Of a DNA stretch of 62,355 nt, positions 26,455 to 35,926 are shown piece after piece; position 1 is the stretch's first letter; every line of letters begins with the position of its first letter. The notes beneath the pieces were generated by a model that worked only from the letters and a program-made list of their open reading frames with translations, made no database searches and was not told the DNA's origin. This DNA comes from a virus (taxonomy: Duplodnaviria; Caudoviricetes): positions 1-62,355 of IMG/VR virus record IMGVR_UViG_3300035156_000134; one strand, written 5' to 3'. Made by a program: the position numbers and the translations under genes.

Positions 26455-26786
26455 CAGCGCTTCGCCTCGATTTCTTCGAGGGTCTGATCTTCAAGATGGG
26501 CGAGGTCGTCTCGGGCACCAGCTGTGGCCTTGAGGATCTCGTCCAGCTTCGCATGCATGGCGTGATCCCGCTTGACCGATGCGGCCTCGTCCAGGAACAT
26601 CTTGACGATGAGCTGGAGGCCTAAGATGATGGCCCAGATGGAGAGGGCATTTGTCAGGATCTCGGCCGTCAGGCCGGCCCCGAACCACGCAGCGCAACCG
26701 ATGATGGTCGCTAACTGCGTGATTGGGTTGGCGGAGAGCCTGATGTTCCACAGCGTGACTGCGGTCAGGACCTCCTTGAGCTTCAC
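26451..26786 (-). CDS. Low-affinity iron permease family-like membrane protein
   Basis: Two hydrophobic helices then RDHAMHAKLDEILKATAGARDDLAHLE. Confidence 0.6.
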   Translation of the reverse strand: MKLKEVLTAVTLWNIRLSANPITQLATIIGCAAWFGAGLTAEILTNALSIWAIILGLQLIVKMFLDEAASVKRDHAMHAKLDEILKATAGARDDLAHLEDQTLEEIEAKRC

Positions 26787-26917
26787 CGGCTGGCGCGGGT
26801 GATTACGGCCGGCGAGGGGCCGCGGCCCGGTGCGATGCCGCTCCGGGTGATGTAGGTCTTGTTGACGGGCTTGGAACCCTTGGCGCCAGGCGCCTTCCAT
26901 TTCGTTGCGATCTTCAT
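26783..26917 (-). CDS. Small basic protein (44 aa)
   Basis: AGGAG RBS, coupled at both ends. Confidence 0.45.
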   Translation of the reverse strand: MKIATKWKAPGAKGSKPVNKTYITRSGIAPGRGPSPAVITRASR

Positions 26918-27216
26918 CGTGTTGCTCCTGCTGGCGGAACGGTCTCGCAGGCCTTCATCAGAGAGTCCGCCGTCTCTCCGTAGCCTGACCACTCCCGAAG
27001 CTTGGCGCGGAACCGACCGACCATCTCCGTAAGGGTTTCGGGCGCCACCGGCAGGTCCTCCACCAGCTTCGCCGGCCGGACTGGCCGTTGACCTGGCTTC
27101 AAGCAGCTGACCGCCACCGCCGTGGGCACATTCTGGCTCAAGGTGGTCGGGACCGCCTCAGGCCGCGCACAGGCGCATACACCAACCAGGGCCAGTGTGA
27201 CATACCACCGCTTCAT
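26914..27216 (-). CDS. Putative outer-membrane spanin (lipoprotein)
   Basis: Signal peptide with VCAC lipobox, Pro-rich; follows i-spanin. Confidence 0.7.
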   Translation of the reverse strand: MKRWYVTLALVGVCACARPEAVPTTLSQNVPTAVAVSCLKPGQRPVRPAKLVEDLPVAPETLTEMVGRFRAKLREWSGYGETADSLMKACETVPPAGATR

Positions 27217-27608
27217 TGGCCCTCTCCCCACGCGGCCCGGGCCAACCCGGTTGCGGTCTGGCAGTCCTGACCCACAGGCGCTCGGACGCTGAGCAGCCGG
27301 GCCACCTCCGAAGCTGTCACCGGAGTCCGATCCTGAGCCCGCTGGAGCGCTTGGTCCACAGCCGAGTAGGCTGATTGGGTGGCCCGGCTGAGCGCTTCTG
27401 TGGCCGCGCCGGCCGTACCCAGTGCTAGCTGGCAGGACTTGTTGGACACGTCAGAGGCCTGAACCCGGAGCTGGGCAGTCTGGAGCTGCGTCCGGAGGTC
27501 CGCCTTCTCGGTCTTGAGCTTCCCCACGGCCAGGACCTGCCAGATCAGGAGGGCACTCAGGACCGCAGCCCCGAGCACCTCCATAATCGTTCTCGGTGAG
27601 ACCGTCAT
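27213..27608 (-). CDS. Putative inner-membrane spanin
   Basis: N-terminal TM plus coiled coil; follows endolysin. Confidence 0.7.
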   Translation of the reverse strand: MTVSPRTIMEVLGAAVLSALLIWQVLAVGKLKTEKADLRTQLQTAQLRVQASDVSNKSCQLALGTAGAATEALSRATQSAYSAVDQALQRAQDRTPVTASEVARLLSVRAPVGQDCQTATGLARAAWGEGQ

Positions 27609-28219
27609 GCCTCGTTCGTGGAAACCACGCCTGACGATGTGAGGGTCACGTGCCGAGCGCCTTCAGGCTTGATCCGGTAGTTCGGCCGCCGAATGGCGTA
27701 CAGGCGATCGATCCCGATCTCGGTGATGTTGACTGAGTCGCTCTGGTTCCCGCCGAGCACGTGCAGGGTCTTGCCGTTCTCGCTGACGGCCACGACCAAA
27801 GCCACATGGCCGCCACCGTCCCGGACGAACACGGCCACATCGCCGACCTCGATCTCCTTCAGGCGGTAGCCCTCCTTCCCCTTGAACTGGACGCTGTGCC
27901 CGAAGCCGGCCCAGGCGAGCGCCGACAGGTACGAGACCGGCGGCATCCGGTTGAGATGACCTTGGTCAGACCGAACGGCGAGCATGGCCATGAACAGGCC
28001 ACACCAGGGGATCGAGTCCTTGTTGTACCAGTCAGCTGCCCACTTGGTGTAGGGAATGCCCCACAACTTGAAGACCTCGTCAGCCCAGCCGACGATGATC
28101 GGGTTGTTGGCTACGCCCTTCCCTTCGAGCAGGCCATAGAACTTCAGCCCCTCGGTCACCATCATCGGTGCTTTCGGGGCCTTGGTCAGGTACGCATACT
28201 TCTCAGGCACTTTCGTCAT
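27605..28219 (-). CDS. Endolysin, TIGR02594/NlpC-P60-like peptidase
   Basis: PWCGLF, GGGHV, LGGNQSDSV. Confidence 0.85.
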   Translation of the reverse strand: MTKVPEKYAYLTKAPKAPMMVTEGLKFYGLLEGKGVANNPIIVGWADEVFKLWGIPYTKWAADWYNKDSIPWCGLFMAMLAVRSDQGHLNRMPPVSYLSALAWAGFGHSVQFKGKEGYRLKEIEVGDVAVFVRDGGGHVALVVAVSENGKTLHVLGGNQSDSVNITEIGIDRLYAIRRPNYRIKPEGARHVTLTSSGVVSTNEA

Positions 28220-28234
28220 GTCGGCTCTCCTTCG

Positions 28235-29038
28235 TTAAATTCCGAGCGAGGTCACCACGGCCTCGAAGCTCCAGACGTCATAGACATCGCTCTCCATGGT
28301 GACCACCTTCTCCAGGCGCCCGAAGGCGATGTTGTCCTGGATGAATGCCGTGGTCAGGTCCGTGCAGATCAGCGCCGGCTTCGACACGCCGAGCGTTAGC
28401 GTGTACTGCCCAATTAGCTGCTCCATCTCGCTCATGCGATTGTAGCTGAAGCTCAAGCTGACGACGGGCCGGATCAGGCCACTGTCCTCTTGGCTGCGGG
28501 TCTCGCCGGTCTCAGTGGTGACACTCGAGTTTAGGTCCTTCGCTCCGAGCGACGCCTTCTGGGGCCCAACGATGAACTGTTGGCTCTTGCCGACGAATGC
28601 CCGGCTAAACTGGATCCCGCTCGCCTTGGCACCCGACGTAGTCAGCACGACCCGCCAGTAGCGCTGCGTCACCGGGTTGGCCAGTGTCAGCAGCTGCTTC
28701 GCCAACAGCATCGAGTCACGGGCAGTCTGGCCGGTGATGGGGCCGAGGTTCCCGCTTTGGTACTGCACCGCCGTGAACGCCGCCGTGTCCGAGGCCTGCC
28801 AGTTGATGCTGTCGCCAGGCACCATGTTGTGCCACAGGAGGGCGAGACAGTCCACGGCCCTGGCGGTGCCAAGGTCGAAGACGATGGTCGAGGTGTTTCC
28901 GGCCGCCAAGCCGACGGTCCGAACCACTCGACCGTAGTCGTTGTTGACGGCGTTCGTGGCCGGGTAAAGGCTGTTGAACGCAGCGCCTGAGGTGGAGGCC
29001 ACCGTCATGTCCCAGGGCTTGGCAAGCAGTCCGATCAT
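28235..29038 (-). CDS. Minor tail protein
   Basis: Discoidin-like FDLG..RYWRV; position. Confidence 0.65.
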   Translation of the reverse strand: MIGLLAKPWDMTVASTSGAAFNSLYPATNAVNNDYGRVVRTVGLAAGNTSTIVFDLGTARAVDCLALLWHNMVPGDSINWQASDTAAFTAVQYQSGNLGPITGQTARDSMLLAKQLLTLANPVTQRYWRVVLTTSGAKASGIQFSRAFVGKSQQFIVGPQKASLGAKDLNSSVTTETGETRSQEDSGLIRPVVSLSFSYNRMSEMEQLIGQYTLTLGVSKPALICTDLTTAFIQDNIAFGRLEKVVTMESDVYDVWSFEAVVTSLGI

Positions 29039-29042
29039 GGTC

Positions 29043-29405
29043 TTAGCCCCAGCAGCGGAGAACGGTCTGGCCGGTCCCCGGGTTAATGGTGAAGTCCGGA
29101 ATGAGCACGACGAGCCCGGACTGGAGATTGAAGCGGTCGTTGGTTAGCAAGGCGCACGGTGTCTGGCCGTCCAGACTGGAGGGCACCATGATGTTGATGC
29201 CGAGCACCGTCACCTCGAACCGCTGGCGTGGCGCCTTCAAGATGTTGTGCAGGATCACGGCCAACGCATCGGCGTCCGTCAGGTTCGTCAGCCGGCCCTC
29301 GATCTGAACTTGGCGGCTGAGCTGATAGTTCGTGCGCACAGCGGCGTCCGCCTGCTCAGCGTACCGAAAGGGCTGGGTGATGAAGCTGAAGGTGTTAGCT
29401 ACCAT
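29043..29405 (-). CDS. Minor tail protein/hypothetical
   Basis: Ends LRCWG like tail-hub C-termini; position. Confidence 0.55.
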   Translation of the reverse strand: MVANTFSFITQPFRYAEQADAAVRTNYQLSRQVQIEGRLTNLTDADALAVILHNILKAPRQRFEVTVLGINIMVPSSLDGQTPCALLTNDRFNLQSGLVVLIPDFTINPGTGQTVLRCWG

Positions 29406-29784
29406 GATTGTCCGGCTTTTGCTTGTTGAAGATCGCGTACAGAAGTGTCATGACATAGTCCCCGAAGAACTCGACCACGAGCAAGCCCGAGATGCCGAGG
29501 CCGATGCCCCAGACCATGCCCATGCCAGGGCCGAGTACTTTCCCACCAATCTGACCCGACACCACCATCAACAGCACCAAGCCAAGGAGCCCGGTCAGGC
29601 ATCGCTCTTGGTTCTTCGTCAGTTTCCTACGCGATGCCGGCGCAATCGAGCGTGCCAGCATAAGGCCCATGACGGAGAGCCCGAACGCCATAACTGGAAT
29701 GTCAAGTCCGAAGAAGGTGACGATGGCCGGACCGAAGCTCGGCGTGATGACTGCAGTCGTTGCTGCTGCGACCCCGTTCGACAC
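29395..29784 (-). CDS. Holin-like multi-pass membrane protein
   Basis: About three hydrophobic helices, upstream of lysis genes. Confidence 0.6.
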   Translation of the reverse strand: MSNGVAAATTAVITPSFGPAIVTFFGLDIPVMAFGLSVMGLMLARSIAPASRRKLTKNQERCLTGLLGLVLLMVVSGQIGGKVLGPGMGMVWGIGLGISGLLVVEFFGDYVMTLLYAIFNKQKPDNHGS

Positions 29785-30528
29785 CTAAGCATCCAGCCCG
29801 TACGCCTTCGCAAACGTGACCAAGATCGCCATGCCGAAGATAAGCGCGATGGCTCGGTACTGTTCACGAATTTGCGGCGCTACAGGCCAAAGCGGTTCGG
29901 GCTGCATCTTCGCGATGCTGAGCTGGGAGGCGTGGGCCTCGTCCATCGTGACCAGGAGGTAGACGCACGCGACGAACGGCACGGCTGCCAAAGCCTTCAT
30001 GCTTTTATCGATCGTCAGGAACACCTCCATCGTGCCGATGCTGACTTCGCCCCAGGTCAGATAGATTAGGAGGTTTCCGGTCACGCCAAGACAGACGGCC
30101 ATCATGATCAGGATCCACCGCACTCGGTAGATGTTGATCAAGGTCCACTTCGTGATCTTACCACGGATGATCCCACGGCCTGCGTTAAGGTCTAGGTTGG
30201 CTAGGGACCAGGCCATCACCATGACGGCAAAGCTAAGGACTGTAAGCTGTCCGAAGATGGCCGCCGCGTAAGCAATTGGATGCCCAAGAAACCCTGGCGG
30301 GAATGGAAGCTCGTTGTTGGCACTGATCGCTGCCTTGGCTTGGGCCCTGACAGTCGAATTGGAGATACCGTCCTGGGCAGTTACCACGGCCGACGTGATG
30401 AAGATCCCGAGGGCGACCAAAATTGGCTGGAGAGCCGTCCGCATTTCAACCCTTCCTGGTTTAAGGTCTGACATCAACATAAGCATGAGCTCCTTCAGGT
30501 GGCGCTGGTTTATCCTACCAGCTGCCAC
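29785..30528 (-). CDS. Multi-pass membrane protein (start uncertain)
   Basis: About five hydrophobic segments. Confidence 0.65.
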   Translation of the reverse strand: MAAGRINQRHLKELMLMLMSDLKPGRVEMRTALQPILVALGIFITSAVVTAQDGISNSTVRAQAKAAISANNELPFPPGFLGHPIAYAAAIFGQLTVLSFAVMVMAWSLANLDLNAGRGIIRGKITKWTLINIYRVRWILIMMAVCLGVTGNLLIYLTWGEVSIGTMEVFLTIDKSMKALAAVPFVACVYLLVTMDEAHASQLSIAKMQPEPLWPVAPQIREQYRAIALIFGMAILVTFAKAYGLDA

Positions 30529-30541
30529 AATGATACCCAGC

Positions 30542-30988
30542 CTAAAGGCCTATGTCCAGGATGCCCAGCTTCACCCTGACCGCGTTCTTGGCCTTGATAC
30601 GGTCCAGCTCCGGGTTCGGTGCCGCCTTGGCCTTGTCAGCCACGGTCTGGGCGTACACGGCCGTTGGGATCTTCAGAGCTTTGGCCTCAGCGGCGACCTG
30701 GCCATCAATGGCGACGCCGGCCAGCATCAGCCGGGCCTCCAGCGCCTTCATGGCCTGGGCCAGCTCGATCGAGATGCTGACATTGAGGTTCCGGTGGGTG
30801 ATGTCCACAGCGTTTAGCGCCATCTCAGCGTCCACGACCCACTTCTTCAGCTGCCAGTCCCACTTCTCACCAGGCTCTGGCTGCCGTGGCACGGCCGCCC
30901 AGCGACTGACCTCGCCGTGAATAGGATCCTTCGGGTCGGTCTCGACCACCTGGACGCCTAGTGCATTTTCCATAATCCAGTGGGGCAC
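30542..30988 (-). CDS. Hypothetical protein, possible tail fibre chaperone
   Basis: WDW..KKWVVD motif directly after tail fibre gene. Confidence 0.6.
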   Translation of the reverse strand: MPHWIMENALGVQVVETDPKDPIHGEVSRWAAVPRQPEPGEKWDWQLKKWVVDAEMALNAVDITHRNLNVSISIELAQAMKALEARLMLAGVAIDGQVAAEAKALKIPTAVYAQTVADKAKAAPNPELDRIKAKNAVRVKLGILDIGL

Positions 30989-30997
30989 AGTCTGATC

Positions 30998-33900
30998 CTA
31001 CTTCGGGGTTGCGCTGATGGTGCCAGAGAAGCCTGACAAGGCGGTGTTGGTGGTGGCGCCGAGCAGACGGTACGTGGCCTGAGCGCCATTGAACGAGGTG
31101 TGCGTGGTGATCCCGGTGGCGTAGCCCGGCCCGGTCCGGGCACCCTTCGGCGGGTCCTGCGAGTAGTAGTTGAAGGCGCCGGTCCCGAACTGCTGAGGGC
31201 CAACGTCTACCCAGCCGCCACCGTTGATCGACACCTGCCACTGATAGACCAAGGACGTGGTATCTCCCTCCGTCGTTCGGGTGGCCTGGCTGTAGGTGAT
31301 CGACGAAGCCAACTCGCAGGTTGCGTTCGTGCCGATCGTGACTGGCGCGAGCGTGGCCACGACGATGTAACCAGTCGAGCTGCCTGGTCCAGTCAGCGCA
31401 GAGGTGGAGGAAGGGGAACCAGCGCCACTGCCGCCCGTGCTGCCACCCGTTCCTGCGCTGCCGCCCGAAGCCGGCGGAGGGGCCAGAGTTACCGTGATGG
31501 CCAGTTGCTTGTAGAGCGTCACGCCGGCATAGGTCTCCGACACGGTCACCGAGGTGGACCCGCCTTGATAGCCGGTGATGGTCAGATCCCCTCGGGAGTT
31601 GGTCCCGATGTCGTTGTTGATCGTGGCAGTCAGACCAGGCGTAAAGCCTTTTGCGTAAGCCGTCTGAGGGCTAACGTCGGTGATCCCGATCAGGCGGCGG
31701 AACGACCGAACGATGGGGAACTGGCTGGCCGGAATGATACCCTGATAATCGGCGTTTAGCTGGACGTCTCCCACGTCACCAGTCGAGTGTTGGTTCAGCG
31801 CTGTAATATCAGCGTTGAAGGTGAAGGCCAGATCAGTCACCCGGTTCGGCGTCGTGGCGACAGCGGCAACCGCCCCGTAGAACCCCTCGCCGCCGGCGAC
31901 GTTGAGGCTATTGGGCACATAGTCGATAAACACGTCGTCCGCGTAGAATTCAATCCGGTCAATGCCGTTCCAGACGACTTCGAACATCGTGTTGTCGCTG
32001 AACGTAACTCCCGCCTTCGCCTTCCCTTGATTGAAGAAGGTGCCCGAGTTACCGATGTACCAATCGGTATCGGTGCTGCGATGCCACCCTACGCACTGCC
32101 CGTAGGTCGGGCCTGGCTGCGCAGTAGCGAATTTGCTCAGGCCAACCATCGTGCCACCAATTGGCATCTTGCCACGCACCCGGCACGGTGTCCGAGCAAA
32201 GCGATTAGTTGCTGCGTACACACTCCAATCACCGGCGTTGTCTCGAGCGTAGACCGCGTTCCCGACAACCCGAGCTTTGGAGTTGGGGATCATGACGGTG
32301 TCGGCGCTGGCGTTGTCGGCAGGGCGTCCATCGCCGGTGATGCCCAGCCACGGGTTGGCCTCCTTGACCTCTACCTCGTCCACGATCAGTCGAAGCGGCC
32401 CGTTCGTCCAATTGTAGACAGCAGGGCATCCGAATTTTCGGATGGCTGTGAACTTGAACTCGAGAACTGTAAGACCCAAGGTTCCAGGCTGGTTTTCATG
32501 GAAGAAAAGATTAACGACCTGTGAGTCAGTGAAGCCATTGCCGTCGAGAGAGTCGCCCAGCCGCATCCTGACGTAAACGCCATTGGGAGTTGCTTCACTG
32601 GCGTACATCGACACACGCAGGATATACTCCCGCCCGACTTGCAATGGAACTCCGCGCCACGCATTGGCGAAGCCACCCGCATTGGCAGTCTTGTTCATGG
32701 AGAAGGCATATTGGCCTTTGACCGCTTCAGCCGACCCGGTGATAGTCGTCGAGACAGTGCCGCCAGCATATTCAAATGCTTCGATGATCCCGGTCGTTGT
32801 GCCCTGTTCAGCGTCACCGTTGTACACAAGGTTGTTGCCTCGGGTGGCAAACGACTCAGGCTTCCCGATGCCGGTGGTGCCGTCCCACGTGGCGAGCGTA
32901 GCAGCTTTGGCAGCGATGGCATTGAGTAGGGCTTGGCGGGCCGAATAATAGTTGGCCCACATGCCGTTGAACGTAGACGCTACGATCGTGCTGTTTTGGC
33001 TGGTGTCGTTCCACCCATTTGGGATCCCGCCCAGATAGGTGTTGAGCGACGATTGCGAGGTGGTGTAGGCAGAGCTAGAGATGCCAAAGGCTGCGGCCTG
33101 GGCAACAATCCCGGCCAGCTCATTATTGATGTCGTTGGCGCGCCGAATGATCTCCGGCTTTTCACCAGCGGACAACACGTTGTCAGCCTGGATGGCTACT
33201 ATCTGGGTAAGAGCTGTGCCCGCATTGGTCTGCGCCGAGTCGGCCTGGTCCTTCGCAGCCTTCGCCCGCTGGACAGAGACCGTGTTATTGGCCCTCTCGA
33301 GATTGGCGATCGCCGTGTACACGTTCTGGAACATGGTCCGGAGCGTGGCGCCGTTGATGGTCGAGTCAGTTGTGGTCGTGGACCAACCACCTGGAATGGC
33401 GGTTAGATAATCTGCGGCAGCTTGGTAGGCGCTGTACGCAGCGTTTCGCTCGGTAGCCGTATAGTCCGTGCCGTACGTAGCGGTGATGTTGGTTGATGCC
33501 GTGACAGCTCCGTTGTAGGCAGCATTAACTTCGTTCCACCGACTGATCAACTCAGGCTTCTCACTCTTGTGAAGCACGTTGTCGGCGCCGATGTTGCTTA
33601 GATCAGCCAAGGCCGCTGCCGCATTGACCACACCGAGGTTGGCCTTGCTGTTGATGTACGAGGCATTATCGGCCAGCAGCTCACTGATCCGGACGTAGAC
33701 AGTGTTAACTAGGCTCCGAAGCGTTACCCCGTTGATAAAGCTGTCTTGGCTCGGGTCAGCCCAGTTGCCGATGCCGCCCAGGTAGTTGTTCAGGTCTTGA
33801 CGCCCGTTGAACATGTTGGCTCGGCCTGACCCAGTTGGGTCCCCGCCGTAGACGCTGTTCAGCTGGTTCGACGTGGACGCAGCCGACTCGTACGACCGGT

Positions 33901-35926
33901 TCAGATCATTCATCGCCGTCAGGAACGCGAGCTTCTCAGACCGGCTGAGAATGTTATCGCTGCTCAGGTCGTTGATGGCATTGATGGCGTTCGTGGCGTT
34001 CGTCGCTGCCTGAGCTGACTGGTTGATTAGGTCGATCTTGCCTTGGCCACTGACTCCGTCCCACGTGGCCAGCGTCGCAGCCTTCGCAGCGATGGCGTTC
34101 AGGATGGCCTGCCGGTCCCGATAGTAATTCGAGAAGGTCGTGTTGAAGTTCGTGATGTTGATGTTGGTGTTGTTGGCCGTGTCCGTCAGGGCCGGGTTCA
34201 GCGTGCCGACGTAGGTGACCAACGCATTGTAGGCGGCCGTGTACACGCTCGTCGTCACCGAGACGCCGTTCGCCTTGGCGATGATGTCCGCGTACTCGTT
34301 GTTGGCATCGGTGTATTGGCGGATGATGTCCGGCTTCTCACCGCGGGACAGGACACCGTCGGCCTGGATGGCATCGATCTGGGTCAGCGCCGTGTTGGCA
34401 TTGCCCTGGGCCGTGTTCGCGTTGGTAAAGGCGTCATTGGCCTTCTGGATCAAGTCCAGCTTGCCTTGGCCGGTGACACTATCCCAGACGGCCGTCAGAC
34501 CTAGCCCAGCGCCATCGGCCACCTGGTTGGTGTTGGTCACCTGGTTCGACGTTGCGACCCAGGTGGCGCTCTGGCCGTTATACCGGCGGGTCGTCTGCGG
34601 GGTGACCGAGATGTCTGGCCACAGGTCCCCGTCCACAGCTCCAACCGGCGGCGTGGTGGATGGGCCGAAGACCTTGTTCTTCCCGTTCGCGGTGGTCTGC
34701 GCATTCCCAGCGGCCAGCAGCGCTGCGGCGGCATCGGTCCCAGCCTGGGCTAGGGCAGCAGGCACGTCGCTCGTCTGATGGACGAAATGGCACTGCTCAG
34801 CCCCGAGCCGGAGGTCCCAGACCGGCGCCGAGGTGGGCAGCTGGTTGATCCCGAGGACCGTGGGCTCCAGGCTGTTCGTGCCGTCCAAGTTCAGAGTGGT
34901 CGAGCCGAACCGGACCCGGCCAAAGATCAGCTCACCGAGCTCATTGAAGGTGTGGTAGGCACCGAACCCCAGGAGCAGACCGGCCAAGGCGTCGGCGATG
35001 GTCAGCTGCTCATCGAAGCACTCGTCGACAGGCTCGACTTGCAGAGCGTTAAGGTTCGACAGGCTGGTCGCCTTGACAGGCAGAGCCGTCGTGACGCCGA
35101 GGATCCGGTTGATGACGTTCCCGACCTTGGTGATCGCCGTCCCACCGACCACGGTCCCGGAGTCGCCCTTGACGTGGCAAGTCACCGGGAACGAGGGTCG
35201 GCTACCAAGGCGGATCAGGCCGTAGCCGTTCAAACGGCTGAACTTGCCGAGCGGTGGGCTGGCACCCGTCAAGAAGTCGGTCAGCTGCGCCTGACTGAAG
35301 TCGGCGTGAAACGTGATGGCCTGACCACCCTCGAACACGGCGTAGGTGGACTCGATCGGCCCATACGCACTGACCTGGTAGATCTGGCGGACAGGATCAA
35401 GCAGCACTGGCCGGCAGAACTTGGCGTCACCGAAGACCCACGGCTTCAACACGCCCTTGACGTCGGCCGAGCCTTCCAAATTCCCGGTGCCGGCGTAGCT
35501 CTGCGCCAGCATGTTCTGATCAAGCAGCGCCGAGCGGTCGGTCATCGACACAACCAGCTCTAAACGACCCTTGCGGAGGGCACCAGTCCCGACGGCGGTG
35601 AACAGTTGGTTGAAAACGCCCTGTGCAATGTTGCCAGCGAAGACCTTGATCTGGGCACCCGACCACACGAGCCGGGTCAGGTTGTCGGCCTGTGTGTCAG
35701 CCAGGCTGATGACGAAGTCGCCCAGATCGATCTGGCCAGCAGCGGTGAACGCACCGTTGAAGACGCTGCAGCCGATGGTCGGCGACTGCGACACGACCGG
35801 CGCCCAGGACTGACCGTTCGCCGTTGTTGCCCGAGGATCATTGCGGTTGGTCAGCCGGTGCGTGGTCAGGCTGCCGAGCGTCGGATCGTACGCAACGACT
35901 TCGATGAGGGTGGCAAAAACGTCCAT
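30998..35926 (-). CDS. Tail tip/central fibre (host-specificity) protein
   Basis: 1642 aa after tape measure; KPWVFG hub, four helical repeats, CBM-like NLVYNGDAE domain. Confidence 0.85.
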   Translation of the reverse strand: MDVFATLIEVVAYDPTLGSLTTHRLTNRNDPRATTANGQSWAPVVSQSPTIGCSVFNGAFTAAGQIDLGDFVISLADTQADNLTRLVWSGAQIKVFAGNIAQGVFNQLFTAVGTGALRKGRLELVVSMTDRSALLDQNMLAQSYAGTGNLEGSADVKGVLKPWVFGDAKFCRPVLLDPVRQIYQVSAYGPIESTYAVFEGGQAITFHADFSQAQLTDFLTGASPPLGKFSRLNGYGLIRLGSRPSFPVTCHVKGDSGTVVGGTAITKVGNVINRILGVTTALPVKATSLSNLNALQVEPVDECFDEQLTIADALAGLLLGFGAYHTFNELGELIFGRVRFGSTTLNLDGTNSLEPTVLGINQLPTSAPVWDLRLGAEQCHFVHQTSDVPAALAQAGTDAAAALLAAGNAQTTANGKNKVFGPSTTPPVGAVDGDLWPDISVTPQTTRRYNGQSATWVATSNQVTNTNQVADGAGLGLTAVWDSVTGQGKLDLIQKANDAFTNANTAQGNANTALTQIDAIQADGVLSRGEKPDIIRQYTDANNEYADIIAKANGVSVTTSVYTAAYNALVTYVGTLNPALTDTANNTNINITNFNTTFSNYYRDRQAILNAIAAKAATLATWDGVSGQGKIDLINQSAQAATNATNAINAINDLSSDNILSRSEKLAFLTAMNDLNRSYESAASTSNQLNSVYGGDPTGSGRANMFNGRQDLNNYLGGIGNWADPSQDSFINGVTLRSLVNTVYVRISELLADNASYINSKANLGVVNAAAALADLSNIGADNVLHKSEKPELISRWNEVNAAYNGAVTASTNITATYGTDYTATERNAAYSAYQAAADYLTAIPGGWSTTTTDSTINGATLRTMFQNVYTAIANLERANNTVSVQRAKAAKDQADSAQTNAGTALTQIVAIQADNVLSAGEKPEIIRRANDINNELAGIVAQAAAFGISSSAYTTSQSSLNTYLGGIPNGWNDTSQNSTIVASTFNGMWANYYSARQALLNAIAAKAATLATWDGTTGIGKPESFATRGNNLVYNGDAEQGTTTGIIEAFEYAGGTVSTTITGSAEAVKGQYAFSMNKTANAGGFANAWRGVPLQVGREYILRVSMYASEATPNGVYVRMRLGDSLDGNGFTDSQVVNLFFHENQPGTLGLTVLEFKFTAIRKFGCPAVYNWTNGPLRLIVDEVEVKEANPWLGITGDGRPADNASADTVMIPNSKARVVGNAVYARDNAGDWSVYAATNRFARTPCRVRGKMPIGGTMVGLSKFATAQPGPTYGQCVGWHRSTDTDWYIGNSGTFFNQGKAKAGVTFSDNTMFEVVWNGIDRIEFYADDVFIDYVPNSLNVAGGEGFYGAVAAVATTPNRVTDLAFTFNADITALNQHSTGDVGDVQLNADYQGIIPASQFPIVRSFRRLIGITDVSPQTAYAKGFTPGLTATINNDIGTNSRGDLTITGYQGGSTSVTVSETYAGVTLYKQLAITVTLAPPPASGGSAGTGGSTGGSGAGSPSSTSALTGPGSSTGYIVVATLAPVTIGTNATCELASSITYSQATRTTEGDTTSLVYQWQVSINGGGWVDVGPQQFGTGAFNYYSQDPPKGARTGPGYATGITTHTSFNGAQATYRLLGATTNTALSGFSGTISATPK

